The position numbers were made by a program, and so were the translations under genes. Positions 37,964 to 48,839 of a DNA stretch of 64,000 bases are shown piece after piece. The notes beneath the pieces were generated by a model, which worked only from the letters and a program-made list of their open reading frames with translations, searched no databases and was not told where the DNA came from. Each line of letters opens with the position of its first letter. Position 1 is the first letter of the stretch. The stretch comes from a virus, in the IMG/VR virus record IMGVR_UViG_3300046703_000247, positions 19,234-83,233 of that record, one strand, 5' to 3'.

Positions 37964-38356
37964 TCATGGCTTGGTTCCCCCGGTCCGCGGCGGATCCTGC
38001 CAGAACGCATTCGAGCAACGTGCACAGCGCTCAAGGTTCTGCGTTGGGAGCAGGGATGGGTCGCAACCACTCTTTGTGGTTTGAGGTCCCACAGAAAGCG
38101 ACCCGTCCTCGTTCAGCACGAGTGATCCGCCTGAAACTACCTGCACATCCCCGCAGCCCACCTGAGCTTGCGGAACAAACGGCGGCGCTTGTACCCCACA
38201 CACCGGGCACTGGCCGTTGCGGGGTTTCCGTTGGCTCCAGGCGGTCCCCCAGTCTGGCGCGCCGGTAGCCATCTCAGACGACTGGGGCACTTGCGCTTTC
38301 AGCCCCACCGCCCCCAACAGAGCGGCCCATAAGGTACGTCGGGTCACGTTCACCAC
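37964..38356 (-). CDS. Twin-arginine-like N-terminus plus CxxC protein
   Basis: TRRTLWAALLGA; CPVC and CARC. Confidence 0.5.
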   Translation of the reverse strand: MVNVTRRTLWAALLGAVGLKAQVPQSSEMATGAPDWGTAWSQRKPRNGQCPVCGVQAPPFVPQAQVGCGDVQVVSGGSLVLNEDGSLSVGPQTTKSGCDPSLLPTQNLERCARCSNAFWQDPPRTGGTKP

Positions 38357-38541
38357 GTTCTCCCTGCCAGTAAGGAGTTAAATAAAACCACCAAAGAGAA
38401 GCCCAGCGCCGCCCACGGTGGGCCGCCGCAGATCATCACCGAACCGGACGTAATAAGTGCCAGGGCAAGCGAGGCCAAGAACCTCCTGGTGGGCTCATCA
38501 AGTTGGGGCTCTACGGGTTTGTCAGCCACAGCGTCTCTCCT

Positions 38542-39762
38542 CTACCCCACCGGGTTATCGCCCTTCGGCCGCGGAGGATCCGGCGGGCCGGGCGGCCGCG
38601 CGGGCTTTGTCATCTCCTCAAACTCCCGCTCCAGAGCACCCGCGACGCTCGACCCGTAGGGAATGTGCTCATGGGCCACCGCTACGCAGTGCCGCAGCAT
38701 ATCCAGGGCGGCCGCTTTGCGCTCGCGGGCGATGACAACCTCGGGGGCCTCGGGCTTCGGCGCCGGCTTCTCGTCGGCGAACGCATCCGGGTAGGCGGTG
38801 CGCAGATCGGCTGCATCGCAGTGCACCGCCTCGCCGGCGACCTCGTGATATATAAACGGAGCGCAGTCAAGGTGGCGGGACGGCAGTATCGGCTTATGCT
38901 CAGCGCACATCGAGCAGAGCCTGGCCGCGCAGTCCCGGTAGGCTTGGTTGACGGCGGCTTCCATCAGATCCGCGGAGTGATGTACAAACTCCCAGTAGAT
39001 TTCATGGAGGCGTAGCACCTTGCCACGCGCCTCCTCGAGCTCGCGCTTCTGCCGCTCGATCTCCCGGTCCCGGAAGCGGAGGCCGGCGAGTGCAAGGTCA
39101 GTTAGCTTCTGAAGTATCGTCACCTCACTGAATGTCGAAGGCTGCCGCCAATTGATCCTCTTTAGTTCCTCAATCTGGGCCGGGCTGATCGGGTCGACGT
39201 CGGGGGCGGCGGCTGCCGTTTCGTTGGCTGGGGCGTCAGCGCCGATCGGCGCGGGGTCGGACGCCAGGCGTAACGCCGTCCCCTCCCACTCCGAGCGCAA
39301 CTTGTCCACCTGACGGTTGGCATCCTGGAGACTGCAGACCTCGGCGGCGTGCTCATCAGCCTCCTTCCACCGGATCCGCACCTCGGCCGCCAATGTTCCC
39401 AGGAGTTCGGCGGCCCTCAGTGCAGAACTGGTCGTGGTCCAGTGCCTATCGGACGCCAGTTTCTCAGCTTCCTCCAGCTCGGCCAGGCTGGGGCTCATGG
39501 GTTTGGTCGCTGGCGGATTCTTGGGTTGCGGGGGTGCGCGGCGAACGCCTGCTCCGTCGAGCCAATCAGGTCCAATCCCGCCCGTGGCCACAGTAATCTC
39601 CTGCTCGAGCGGCTGGAGCTGCCGGCGGATCAACTGGGCCAGAGCGCGGCACTCGGGGCAGGGCCGGTCAGGAAGGCAGGGTATATCGCCGAGCCTCTCC
39701 TCGGCGTGAGCGTTGAACGCGCGCGCGGCCTCTATGGCGGCCTTCCATTTCTCATTGGGCAT
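38542..39762 (-). CDS. Hypothetical coiled-coil protein
   Basis: GGAGGAG RBS upstream of ATG 39762. Confidence 0.45.
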   Translation of the reverse strand: MPNEKWKAAIEAARAFNAHAEERLGDIPCLPDRPCPECRALAQLIRRQLQPLEQEITVATGGIGPDWLDGAGVRRAPPQPKNPPATKPMSPSLAELEEAEKLASDRHWTTTSSALRAAELLGTLAAEVRIRWKEADEHAAEVCSLQDANRQVDKLRSEWEGTALRLASDPAPIGADAPANETAAAAPDVDPISPAQIEELKRINWRQPSTFSEVTILQKLTDLALAGLRFRDREIERQKRELEEARGKVLRLHEIYWEFVHHSADLMEAAVNQAYRDCAARLCSMCAEHKPILPSRHLDCAPFIYHEVAGEAVHCDAADLRTAYPDAFADEKPAPKPEAPEVVIARERKAAALDMLRHCVAVAHEHIPYGSSVAGALEREFEEMTKPARPPGPPDPPRPKGDNPVG

Positions 39763-40178
39763 CAACACGGGGCTCCTCCTTCGGCTGCTCGTGCAGCGGC
39801 TTGGTCGCGGGGTTGCGCACCTCGTGGCAGCGCTTGCACTCTTCCCGGACTCCAATCGTGCGCCACTGGTGGCGGCGCCAGATGCCTTGGCACTTCGGGC
39901 CTTTACTGCTCATGCGGATCTTCCTCCTGCTAGGTGATTGATGGATTCAAGGCGCTTCTGCAACTGGGCGATGTCCTCCCGCGCGCGGGCACGCACGTCC
40001 GAGAGTTCGCGCTGGAGTTGGGAAACTTTGTGCGAAACGATGGGCTGTTGGGTTTTCAGGCGCTCATGCTCCAGGCGGAGCTTCTCGAGCTCCGAGGCGC
40101 GGACCAGGCCCAGGAAACCCAAGAGGTTATCGAGTGTGGTCATTGCAAGGGGGGGCAGCCGGGCCGCCCCCCTTCCCC

Positions 40179-40787
40179 CTACGGCTGATCGACGGGCACT
40201 CCCGCCACAACCGAGAGTCCCACTGCTTCGCTCGGCACCACTTCGATGTCGAGGGTTCCGCTGATGGGTTTGATGCCCTCGCCCAGGTCAGCGTCGGCTT
40301 CTACCAGGATCTGAGCGACCCCCAGCGGCCCAACCGCTACCGCTTTGGCGCTCAATCCGTCCTCGGCAACCGTGAGTGAGACCACATCCGGCATGGAGCT
40401 ACTCCACGCCGGCGCCCCTTCCACCGGAGCCGCGTTGCCTTTCTTGTCCACCGGCTGGATGGACAAGTCTACTTCCTGCACATCGGTCAATCGCATATTT
40501 GTAACGTCCTCCAAAACATGGCCTTCGAGTGTTGCCGTGAACACGAGCCTGAGAGCCTCGGAAGGAATCAAGGCCTCCAGGATCTGGCGCAGTAGGAGTC
40601 GCTGCCCCAGGATCTCGGTCTCCACTGCTTGTAAGCGCTGCTCAACAGCTTGAACAGATTGGTTGAGGTCTTCGAGTTGGTCCGAGAGATGCCCCAGCAT
40701 CCGGAGAATGCTTGCGATGCCGGTAACCAGTTCCAGGATCTTTGCCATGGCCTTCTGTAACAGCGAAAGAATCATAGGTCTCTCCAC
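40179..40787 (-). CDS. Coiled-coil plus Ig-like domain protein
   Basis: PVDKKGN.APV.G.P.WSSS...V.LTV..DGLSA. Confidence 0.55.
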   Translation of the reverse strand: MERPMILSLLQKAMAKILELVTGIASILRMLGHLSDQLEDLNQSVQAVEQRLQAVETEILGQRLLLRQILEALIPSEALRLVFTATLEGHVLEDVTNMRLTDVQEVDLSIQPVDKKGNAAPVEGAPAWSSSMPDVVSLTVAEDGLSAKAVAVGPLGVAQILVEADADLGEGIKPISGTLDIEVVPSEAVGLSVVAGVPVDQP

Positions 40788-40799
40788 GGATTGCGGGTT

Positions 40800-42614
40800 C
40801 TACACGAGAGCAGCAGCTTCTTCCACATCGCTGTCCTCATTCTGCTGAGACTCCAAGGGAGCGCAACCTGCGGTTTCTCTCCCTTGGAAACCCACTTTTC
40901 CCTTCAGTTTCGCGGCCTGCCAGTTCGCCATCAGCACGTACTTGGGATTCACTTCAATCCCCACGAAGTTGCGCCCCAGCTTCACCGCGGCCAGGCCGGT
41001 GCGGCCGGATCCGGCGAAGGGATCGAGCACTGTACAGGGTTCCACTTCCGCCGGCATCAGTGGATGGGGACACGTCGGCCGCCAGCCGAGGGTTTCCGGC
41101 GCGGGGAAGGGGTTGTCGTGCTGGCCAGTTGATATGCGCGCACCCTCGGTATTCAGCGTCATCCTTAACTGTGAGAACTGCGACCCTTCCGGAGCCGCCT
41201 TCGACTCCAGCCGCGATTCGCGCTCGAGGTGCGCCATCCGATGAACACCCTGCGCCTTCAGATCCTGCCGAGGATGCAGGTCCCCATTGCCGGGCTTCAC
41301 TGTGATCCGCTCCCACGGCGCGCCGCACACCGAGCAGCAGCCGTGCGCGCTCGTGGCGGCTAGGATGCAGGGCGAGACCAGGCGCTCTGGGAACGTGGCA
41401 AAGTGACTCAGCCAGGTCGAGGCGCCGCACAGGCAGACCCTGACGTGCTGAATCTTCTTCGATTCGCAGGCGGGACATTGGCGGGACAGTTTCGACCCGC
41501 GTTCACTCCAAGAGTGCTGGCATTCCGTGCAGGTCATTGCCGCTTCGAGTTTCCGGTAGGTGGATTGCTCGTAGCAGGTGTCACACGCCGGGCACATCTC
41601 GACCGCGAAGGGCTGCGGGTTGACCAACATCGCGAGGGGCTCTCCGTCATCGTCCACCAGCAGGCCCTGAAAGTCGGGTGAGTAGGTTGCAAGCGAGGCG
41701 AAGAACCAGTCGGAGTTGCGGCGGACGCGGGAGGGGACCAGTGCGTGCACGGCGGCCGAGAAGCTCCGGTTCTGTTTGGCGCGAATGCGCCGGTCGGTCT
41801 GGTGGGCCGGGTCTTGGTCCAAAAGCATCCGGCTGTTCGGCCCCATGGCTTTCGGGTTGACGCCGTTGCCGCGCGCGGGGGAATTGGCGCTCGATGCGAT
41901 CCGCACCGCCTCCTGGTCGTAGAAGGTGGTCTCGCTATTGGCGAGCATGAAGATGTACTCGACCATCGAGGTCGGACGATCCCTCACCGACTCGGGCATG
42001 CCGTTTTGCTTCACCCAGGGGTTTGCTGAGCGCAGATACCAGCCGTCCGCCTGCAGCGCCAGGGCGACGCGGGCGGGGAGCATGGCGAGGTCCTTGGGTT
42101 TCAGACCAGGTATCGGCATGCGATTTGGCTGAGACGTCGGTCCTTTCCAGCGCTCGCCTTGTGAACCACCGCCCGGGCAGTTTCCAACCTTGCCGCCGCC
42201 GGTCGCGTAGCAGTCCCCGAGGTTCAGCCAGCAACTTCCCTCTGGTCTGAGCACCCGCCGAACCTCGCGGAATACCGCGGTCATGTGCTCGACATAGAGC
42301 TGCGGTGTGGGTTCCAGGCCCAGGGCGCCGCGCCAGGCGGAGCAGCCGGAGCAGAACTGGCCGGTAGAACCGTGCTCATCCCTGCCAACCGGAGAGGTTC
42401 CGAGTGTGGGGTCCCAGGCGCGCCCGTTTCGTCGCGTCGGCTCTTGCTCACCCCATCTGTGCGCGCACATCGGATCGCCGCCCCACACGCTGGGGGCGAT
42501 GCCGTAGTCTCGGAGGCCCCAGTAGGGCGGGGAAGTCACAACGCAGTGCACCGAGTTCTCCGGCATCCCCGCGAGCACCTGCAGCACGTCGCCCTGCAAG
42601 ATTTCAAAGCTCAT
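40800..42614 (-). CDS. Beta-class N4C/N6A DNA methyltransferase with Cys-rich inserts
   Basis: VVTSPPY near the N-terminus, HFATFP, VLDPFAGSG.T near the C-terminus. Confidence 0.9.
   Translation of the reverse strand: MSFEILQGDVLQVLAGMPENSVHCVVTSPPYWGLRDYGIAPSVWGGDPMCAHRWGEQEPTRRNGRAWDPTLGTSPVGRDEHGSTGQFCSGCSAWRGALGLEPTPQLYVEHMTAVFREVRRVLRPEGSCWLNLGDCYATGGGKVGNCPGGGSQGERWKGPTSQPNRMPIPGLKPKDLAMLPARVALALQADGWYLRSANPWVKQNGMPESVRDRPTSMVEYIFMLANSETTFYDQEAVRIASSANSPARGNGVNPKAMGPNSRMLLDQDPAHQTDRRIRAKQNRSFSAAVHALVPSRVRRNSDWFFASLATYSPDFQGLLVDDDGEPLAMLVNPQPFAVEMCPACDTCYEQSTYRKLEAAMTCTECQHSWSERGSKLSRQCPACESKKIQHVRVCLCGASTWLSHFATFPERLVSPCILAATSAHGCCSVCGAPWERITVKPGNGDLHPRQDLKAQGVHRMAHLERESRLESKAAPEGSQFSQLRMTLNTEGARISTGQHDNPFPAPETLGWRPTCPHPLMPAEVEPCTVLDPFAGSGRTGLAAVKLGRNFVGIEVNPKYVLMANWQAAKLKGKVGFQGRETAGCAPLESQQNEDSDVEEAAALV
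40844..40904 (-). repeat. Hairpin element copy 19 (in-frame, MTase C-terminus)
   Basis: Reverse complement AAGGGAAAAGTGGG..CCAAGGGAGAGAAACC-GCA-GGTTGCGCTCCCTTGG. Confidence 0.9.
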
Positions 42615-42813
42615 CTGATCTCAGGCTTCGCTTTCGTCTCGGGCCGCGCCGGCGGATCGTGCTTCCCCTCGCGTCCTTCGCCGGGGTGCAGCCGCCATTC
42701 CTCTTCGGTGTGGGGCCGTTTGTCGCGGCAGGCGGGGCAGGCAACCGCTTCCTTGGCTACGGCTATGTCGTGTTCGGTCAGCGACATGATTCCTTCCGGG
42801 TCGACGTCCCGCA

Positions 42814-43788
42814 TCACTTGAGCATCTCCGGCAACTCCAGCCACTCGCGCCCGTCGAACAGGCGGCCGGCGGAAGACTTGCCGACGCGGAGCATCAGCGT
42901 CGCGTCTCCGTCATCAAGGCGGCGCCCGTTGAACGGTCCCAAGAAACCAGCAGAGAAACCGTCTCGCCACACATAGCGCCCGCGATCCAGGAGGACGTTC
43001 AAATCCAGCCGCTCGTGTTTGGCCACTGGCCGAAACTCACCGTGCTGCTTGAAGTAGAACGGCACGCCTGCCGCCTGACACTGGTCACGCACGCTCCGAA
43101 CCCAGTCGGGGTGGCACGGCCGCGCGCCGGGGCCGCTCTCGCCGCCGACGATTACCCAGTCGAGGGCGTTTAGGTCAGGTAGTCTTTCCAGAGCGGCTGC
43201 AAGGGGCGCTGGCAAACCAGACCCACGACCTGACCATCGCCTGAGCCATGGCGAGATGTCCACCGCCCCGAGTAGCGGCTCCAGACTTAGAAACCGCATC
43301 GCCGCCAGCTTCTCCAGTAGATCCACCGCGCGCGCTTCCCACTCCGCCTGGTTCGACGCGGAGATGCCCAGACCGACGTTGGGCAGAAACCCCTTCATCC
43401 CGAACTTCTGTCGGTACGCGGCCAGCCGCTTCGAGCGCTTGGTGAGTATCAGGAAGCGGTGCTGCGGGCTCGCCGCGCATGTGTGAAACACCCGATCAAT
43501 CCAGATGTCGGGCACCGACTCATGGAACAGATCCCCCATGAACCCGATGCCAACCGTGGCCGGCTTGCGCCTCCGGAGCAACTCCCGGAGCGCCTCCTCG
43601 CAGAACGCCGTCTTCCCGGTCCAGTTGCCCTGCGCGTCCACAACATTCTGGTACTGCGGCAGCCCAGCCGCGCGCAGCCGCCGGGCCATCCGCCGCGCCC
43701 AGCAGTGCTCGGCACACGGCAGGCTCATGTCGCAGCCCACCACGGGGTTTGCGGTGAAGTCGAGGTACTCGATGCCGGTGCGGTTCAC
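42814..43788 (-). CDS. Phage Gp37/Gp68 (DUF5131) radical-SAM-like protein
   Basis: T.IE...T.NPVVGC....C.HCWA, MGDLFH, LTKR, FLSLEPLLG, DWVIVGGESG, PFYFKQ.G. Confidence 0.85.
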   Translation of the reverse strand: MNRTGIEYLDFTANPVVGCDMSLPCAEHCWARRMARRLRAAGLPQYQNVVDAQGNWTGKTAFCEEALRELLRRRKPATVGIGFMGDLFHESVPDIWIDRVFHTCAASPQHRFLILTKRSKRLAAYRQKFGMKGFLPNVGLGISASNQAEWEARAVDLLEKLAAMRFLSLEPLLGAVDISPWLRRWSGRGSGLPAPLAAALERLPDLNALDWVIVGGESGPGARPCHPDWVRSVRDQCQAAGVPFYFKQHGEFRPVAKHERLDLNVLLDRGRYVWRDGFSAGFLGPFNGRRLDDGDATLMLRVGKSSAGRLFDGREWLELPEMLK

Positions 43789-44468
43789 CTGACCTCCACA
43801 AACAGGTGCGGCGCAAACTCAGCGCCCCAGCCTTCGAGCACCACCATGCCGTCCGAGGTGACCTCCACCACTTTCGCGGGCCGTATGCCCTGTGGCTTGT
43901 GGACGAAGAGCACCAACTTGCCGAGTAGCGCCTGAGCTTGGATCTTGCGATCGACGATTTCCTGTTCCATGGGTTATGAGTGCTGGCCTGTCACTTTCGC
44001 CAGGTGCAGCTCCGCCTCGTGGTTCTCCGCCTGCTGCTGCCGCTCCGCAACCTTCTCCGCAATCCACCGGGCTACCTGGAGCACCAGCACGCTCCCGATA
44101 AGAGCCAAGAGCACAACGTCGTGCAGTTCCATACAGCACCTCCGGTCTGACGCGCGGGCCGGCGCACCTCCCCGAGATGCTACCGGCCCGCGCGTTGCCA
44201 ACTACACCCGGCTAGGTACAGCCAGCCGGTCGCTTCGCGGTGGTGCGCTTGGTGGTCCGCATGTTCCGCGTTGCTGGAGCCGCGTTCTTACGCGGCGCGG
44301 TCTTGCCGCCTTTCTTGGTGCCTGACGGTTTGGTGATTGGTCTCGCCATATCCCTCCTTCCTTTCGGTATGATTCTCCCCTCGTTCCCTACGTCCGGCTG
44401 TAAGACCGCGGCTCCCGGCTCAGTGGGTGCCGCGGCCCCAGCAGGCTCGCGGGTAGAGCTTGGTCGGC

Positions 44469-44726
44469 CTACTGATGAATGGCCTGAAGACGTTTGGGAA
44501 GCTCCCTGTCCTCTTCCGGCAAGTTAAAAAAGGCCGTGCTGCCGGGGACTCTGGCACTGACGGCCTTCACCATGTCTACTTCAGCCTTGGCGGTGTTGAT
44601 GATGGTCTGTGCCACCAGACTGATAGTGCGAGCGCGATCGAGATCCATGGGTTTGTCCGGATCTTTAAGCGCTTCCAGCGTCTCGAACAGGTGATCCCGG
44701 AGATCGGTTATCTTGTTCTTCGCCAC
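44469..44726 (-). CDS. Small phage protein coupled to the HNH gene
   Basis: KNKITDLRDHLFETLE.L.D....D.DRA......Q.IIN.AK.E. Confidence 0.6.
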   Translation of the reverse strand: MAKNKITDLRDHLFETLEALKDPDKPMDLDRARTISLVAQTIINTAKAEVDMVKAVSARVPGSTAFFNLPEEDRELPKRLQAIHQ

Positions 44727-45447
44727 CTAGTTTCCTCAACTTTCTCTTCAAGGCGCCCTGCGCCTGGATTGCTTCAGCCAGCTCGCGGGGCAGGTTGTTC
44801 CACATCACGTTGCGCCGCGCGTTATCCGTCATGGAGCGCAGTTCGAGATTCTCAATCACGCAGTTCGCGCGCTTGCCGTCTTTGAACGCCACCAGGTGCT
44901 TCGGCGGAATCGGGCCGTGAGTTTGCTCCCACAGGTAGCGGTTGTACAACGGCCACACTTTCGGGTTTCCGAAGCCGGTAGCCTCCTCGCCGTACACTGC
45001 CTCCCGGACCTTGATCCGCAGATAGCCTTCTGAATCCGGCATGATGGTGCCCACAGGCTTCCAGTTCCGCGCAGCGACTCCGGAGCGCTCGCCCTTCTTG
45101 AACTGCGTCTCCTTCATTCGGCCTGGAGCATAGCCAGGCCGCCTCAACCCCAGGTTCGCCGGAACATGACCTTTGGGAAACTGCGTTGACTGGCCGTACT
45201 TGTGACCCCTGAACAGCCGACAACGATTCTTCGGATCCTGAATGTACCCGGCCGTTTTTTTCAGCCCGAGTGCATTGGCCTTGGCATACACCTTCCAAAG
45301 GGAACGGTTCAAACGCTCCGCAATCTCTTTGGTCGAGCGGTGCGGATACAGCTTCACTAAAAGACGCAGCTCTCCTTTCGCCCACACCTGACGATGAAAC
45401 GTTCGCGCGGCGGGAGCCGGGCGTGCTCCAGTCCCTACGATCAGCAC
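44665..45447 (-). CDS. HNH_3-type endonuclease
   Basis: TQF.KG repeats, WE..HGPIP..H.V.FKDG...N..IENL; start codon uncertain. Confidence 0.75.
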   Translation of the reverse strand: MLIVGTGARPAPAARTFHRQVWAKGELRLLVKLYPHRSTKEIAERLNRSLWKVYAKANALGLKKTAGYIQDPKNRCRLFRGHKYGQSTQFPKGHVPANLGLRRPGYAPGRMKETQFKKGERSGVAARNWKPVGTIMPDSEGYLRIKVREAVYGEEATGFGNPKVWPLYNRYLWEQTHGPIPPKHLVAFKDGKRANCVIENLELRSMTDNARRNVMWNNLPRELAEAIQAQGALKRKLRKLGGEEQDNRSPGSPVRDAGSA

Positions 45448-45975
45448 GCCCGCGCAGCCCCCGCCGCGATCGCGCGTCCGCCGGTCGCAAGGACCCTGGC
45501 GGGAGGTTTGCGCGCGAGCTTCTGGAGATCCGCGAAGCGGACCCCGCATTCCACAAGAACTCTGCAAGTCTCCGGATGAATAATCACAGCCCATGACCGC
45601 GGACCATCGAACTGCGCGGCGAATTTGACCGCACGGTCGAGACCCCTGACCCGGCCCTGGCCGCATTCGCCCCATTCGTCGCGCCAGGCAACGAGAAAGT
45701 AGGGCCCTGGCGCCCGCTTTGGTTTCACGACGACGGCAGCAGTTCGCCGGCGGGGACGCGGCGCCGCAGGTTTCGGCAGGTCCTCGACGCGCGCGACGAT
45801 GCGGGTCAGCACAAGAGGCTCGGGAGTTTCCAGCACATCCTCGTCCGCCCTCCAACGCCGGCGTTCCCCTCTGCTCATATACCGGGGAGGTATAGTCCGC
45901 CGGGCGCGCCTGGTTGTCGGCACGTCAACAGGCTGGGAGTTCAGGCTAAACGGCACGGTCCCTCTCTTTGCGATC

Positions 45976-46031
45976 AGGGATGAAGAGGGTTTGGGGGAAG
46001 CAACCGCCGGGTTGCGTCCCCCGAGGCTTCG
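45976..46031 (+). repeat. Hairpin element copy 20 (close to copy 4)
   Basis: AGGGATGAAGAGGG..GGGGGAAGCAACC-GCCG-GGTTGCGTCCCCC. Confidence 0.9.
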
Positions 46032-46204
46032 AAACCCCAAGGTGAGGGTGACTAGGACAGGGCATCGAAGAACCTCTCTGCTATGTGCCCGATTGCCCAG
46101 AACACACCAATCCAGAAAAGGACCACCACCACAGCCATCAACAGCCAGCCGCGGATGAGCGGCCAGTTCCACCCCGTGTGTGTCAGGTTGCGGAGCATCA
46201 CGCG

Positions 46205-46774
46205 CTATTTCGGCTGGTTGGACAGCCAGATCAGATCGGAGATCATTTCGTCTCGCACAGCCGGGGGCTGTATCTGGGCCACCAACCTGCCCTGTAGATA
46301 CGCCGAGAATGCCTGGCGCTCACTGGCGATGCCCATCGCGGTGGTAATCTCCACTGTGGGTGGCGGTTTAACCGCGGCGACAGGAGCAGCGACGCGGCAC
46401 TTCAGGGGAGCGATGCCAGGCCCCATCCACGGGTGGTACTCATACCAGACGCCGTCCGTTGGGTCTTGAAAGGGCGTGAAGAGCAGGTAGACCGGTTCGG
46501 GTTGGGGCGCAGGTGCCGGTTGTGGAGGAGCCGGAAGACCCGCGCGAAGAAAGTCCAGAATCGGCCTGCCTTTCTGGTAGTCGGTATACCCCATTTGGTT
46601 CAAGAGGATGCGGTTGTCACCGACAACCAGTTCGGGAACTACGACTGAGCGGGCCCAGTCAAGCCCTTCAACGATGGCACCCCACACTGCGATGGCGGCA
46701 GCCAGAACTTCCAGACACCACTTTGCAAAGCCTGGGTCTTCGGGACCGAGGCTTGGATTTCTTGGAGTAAGCAT
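46205..46774 (-). CDS. Hypothetical protein
   Basis: AAGGAAG upstream of ATG 46774. Confidence 0.45.
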   Translation of the reverse strand: MLTPRNPSLGPEDPGFAKWCLEVLAAAIAVWGAIVEGLDWARSVVVPELVVGDNRILLNQMGYTDYQKGRPILDFLRAGLPAPPQPAPAPQPEPVYLLFTPFQDPTDGVWYEYHPWMGPGIAPLKCRVAAPVAAVKPPPTVEITTAMGIASERQAFSAYLQGRLVAQIQPPAVRDEMISDLIWLSNQPK

Positions 46775-46966
46775 TTGTTTCTTCCTTTCTATGTTCGAAT
46801 TGAAATTGACTCTGACGAGAGCGTTGTTGCGGCGCTTCCATACCTTCCCCGCTGCACCCGCTCCCGGTTCCGCCGCCTCTGTTGGAGAATTGCCCAGGCC
46901 GGCCCGTGCGCATCGCACACCCGCTGATTCCCCCGGCCGGGGAACCACTTCTCGCACCGGGGATAC

Positions 46967-48288
46967 TCACAGGGACGCTTGGCTGCGCGTGGCGCGAAAT
47001 TCATCCGTGTCCTCTCTGATCTGCGGTACCCACTCGTCGCGCTTCTCGGCGTTGTAGGTGCGGTAGTAAGCCTCGAGTCCCAGCGCGTGGGCCGTGCAGC
47101 GCACACCGATGCGGTGCCAGATGATGCACAACCATTCGCTCGGGCGCCGGCGCGGGGTGAACGTCTCGATGCGTTCGGGCCGCTTGTGCTCTCCGAAGAC
47201 CCAGTCGCGGAGGCGCTCGATGGTGCTCGCAGTTTGAAACTCGTCAGTAATCATGTTTTCGCCGCCTGTTTTTTGGATTTGGCGCGGGGGCCCCGCCGCT
47301 CGGGTGCCCCCCGCTGTACGCTCAAGCCGGCATTTACTCCGATGGAGGTTGGCGGCGCTACGCTTGGCCCTGTCACGCGCCCGGCTTTCCCGCAGCTCTC
47401 CGGGCTGGCACACACTGCCGCTCCTCGCCCACCGGCCAGTGCTTTCGCTTGGGTGTATCTCGTGATGATCTTGTCTACTTCCTCCTGGGCCACGCGGCCG
47501 CGGGTGGGGAAGTTCTGGATGTCTTCGATGCTCATGGCGCCGCTCTCTGCGCTTTTTCTCCGACGACGCGCAGCTCATGGTATTGGTAGGTCCGCGTCCA
47601 ACCATCCGGGAAACGCACGATTATGCGGCCGTAGTCCCAGCCAATCACTGTGCCGACGTCGAGGTCGGTTACCGTCACCTCGGCTTTCACTTCGACCTGG
47701 TCGCCGACCTCGATCTTCATGCGCTCGCACCTGGCGGGGGCGCAACCTGCGGTTTCTCCCCCACCGGCCCCTTCTTCCCTTCGCGCGGATCGATCTTCTT
47801 GAGCAGGATGTTGTACTCAGTGGCCCTCTCGCGCCAGCCCTGCGCGTGTGGCGGAGGTTTCGTCCCGGGCACCTCACAACTCATCTCGGCCTGGAACATC
47901 ATCTTGCAGTGGGCAATTGCGTCGCGCAGCGCGCGGGAGATCAGGGAGGGGCGGGGAACGCTCACCCCGACGCTCCCTTCGTGAAGGTGACCTTCAGCCC
48001 GTGTCCAAATTCCGACCGACCCGACACGATCCATCGCCTCTTTTCCTCTTCGACCTCGCGTAGCAACGCGGCCCAATACGGGCGGTGTGCACCTTCGAGC
48101 CAGCAAGTCACCACCAACACAGCGGCCTCGCAGTTTGAACACAGGTCCGCTTCGCCCGGTGCCCACGAGCACGGCGGATCGCACGGCTCGCGCTCCGTGC
48201 AGCCGCAGACCCGGCAGCGGATGTAGCCGTCGCGGTCGTGGTGGAGGACGGCCTCGCGCCGCTGCGGCTTCAAACGCACGGTCTTCAT
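46967..48288 (-). CDS. Run of small coupled hypothetical genes, including a CxxC protein at 47962..48288
   Basis: 4-bp start/stop overlaps at 47251-47254, 47532-47535, 47717-47720 and 47962-47965. Confidence 0.5.
47727..47781 (-). repeat. Hairpin element copy 21 (in-frame, C-terminus of 47717..47965)
   Basis: Reverse complement AAGGGAAGAAGGGG..GGGGGAGAAACC-GCA-GGTTGCGCCCCC. Confidence 0.9.
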
Positions 48289-48839
48289 CCCCGCCCCTCC
48301 ACCGCCTCGAAGGCGCTCTCGATGATGAGGTCCTCGGCGCCGAGCTGCTCGAGAAACTCCTGGGACTTCGCATTGGGGAAGCACTCGGCCGGTGGCCGCC
48401 AATGTAGGATGTAGCCCTCCCAGGGCAGGCGTTCGCGCCAGAACTCCATCATCAGATCGAAGCAAGTGACCCCGCGGTCATCCCGCTTTCGCCAGGTCTC
48501 TGGGAACTGAAAGCCATCGCGCCAGGCCAGCGAGATCTTCTCGTCCTGGTCCAGTTCCAGAAACCCACCGGGCACGCCGGCGCCGCCGATGTCGTCCGGA
48601 TTGTAGCCGTCGATCCGGCCACCGATCCGCACGCGCCCATCGACTTCGAAGCGGACGAATTCATATTTGACGCACGGCACGCGCATCAGCAGCCGGGCTC
48701 CCTTGTGCCTCAGCCCGGTGTAAAGGTGCATCGTCTTGCCGGGCATGTCCATGTGCCGCCGCTCGGCCCGGATGGTGTGGGTCTTGGTGCCATCCAGGAT
48801 GTAGGGGACGAACCGCGGCTGAAAGTTATAGAGACCCAT
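48285..48839 (-). CDS. ASCH/PUA-like domain protein
   Basis: F..RF...ILDG.K.HTIR......G..M.LYTG.R; A..DGF. Confidence 0.6.
   Translation of the reverse strand: MGLYNFQPRFVPYILDGTKTHTIRAERRHMDMPGKTMHLYTGLRHKGARLLMRVPCVKYEFVRFEVDGRVRIGGRIDGYNPDDIGGAGVPGGFLELDQDEKISLAWRDGFQFPETWRKRDDRGVTCFDLMMEFWRERLPWEGYILHWRPPAECFPNAKSQEFLEQLGAEDLIIESAFEAVEGRG

Noticed and set aside
40146-40176. G/C hairpin as another element copy
   Set aside because: Lacks the AACC/GGTT core and A.G mismatch; more likely a local intergenic stem.
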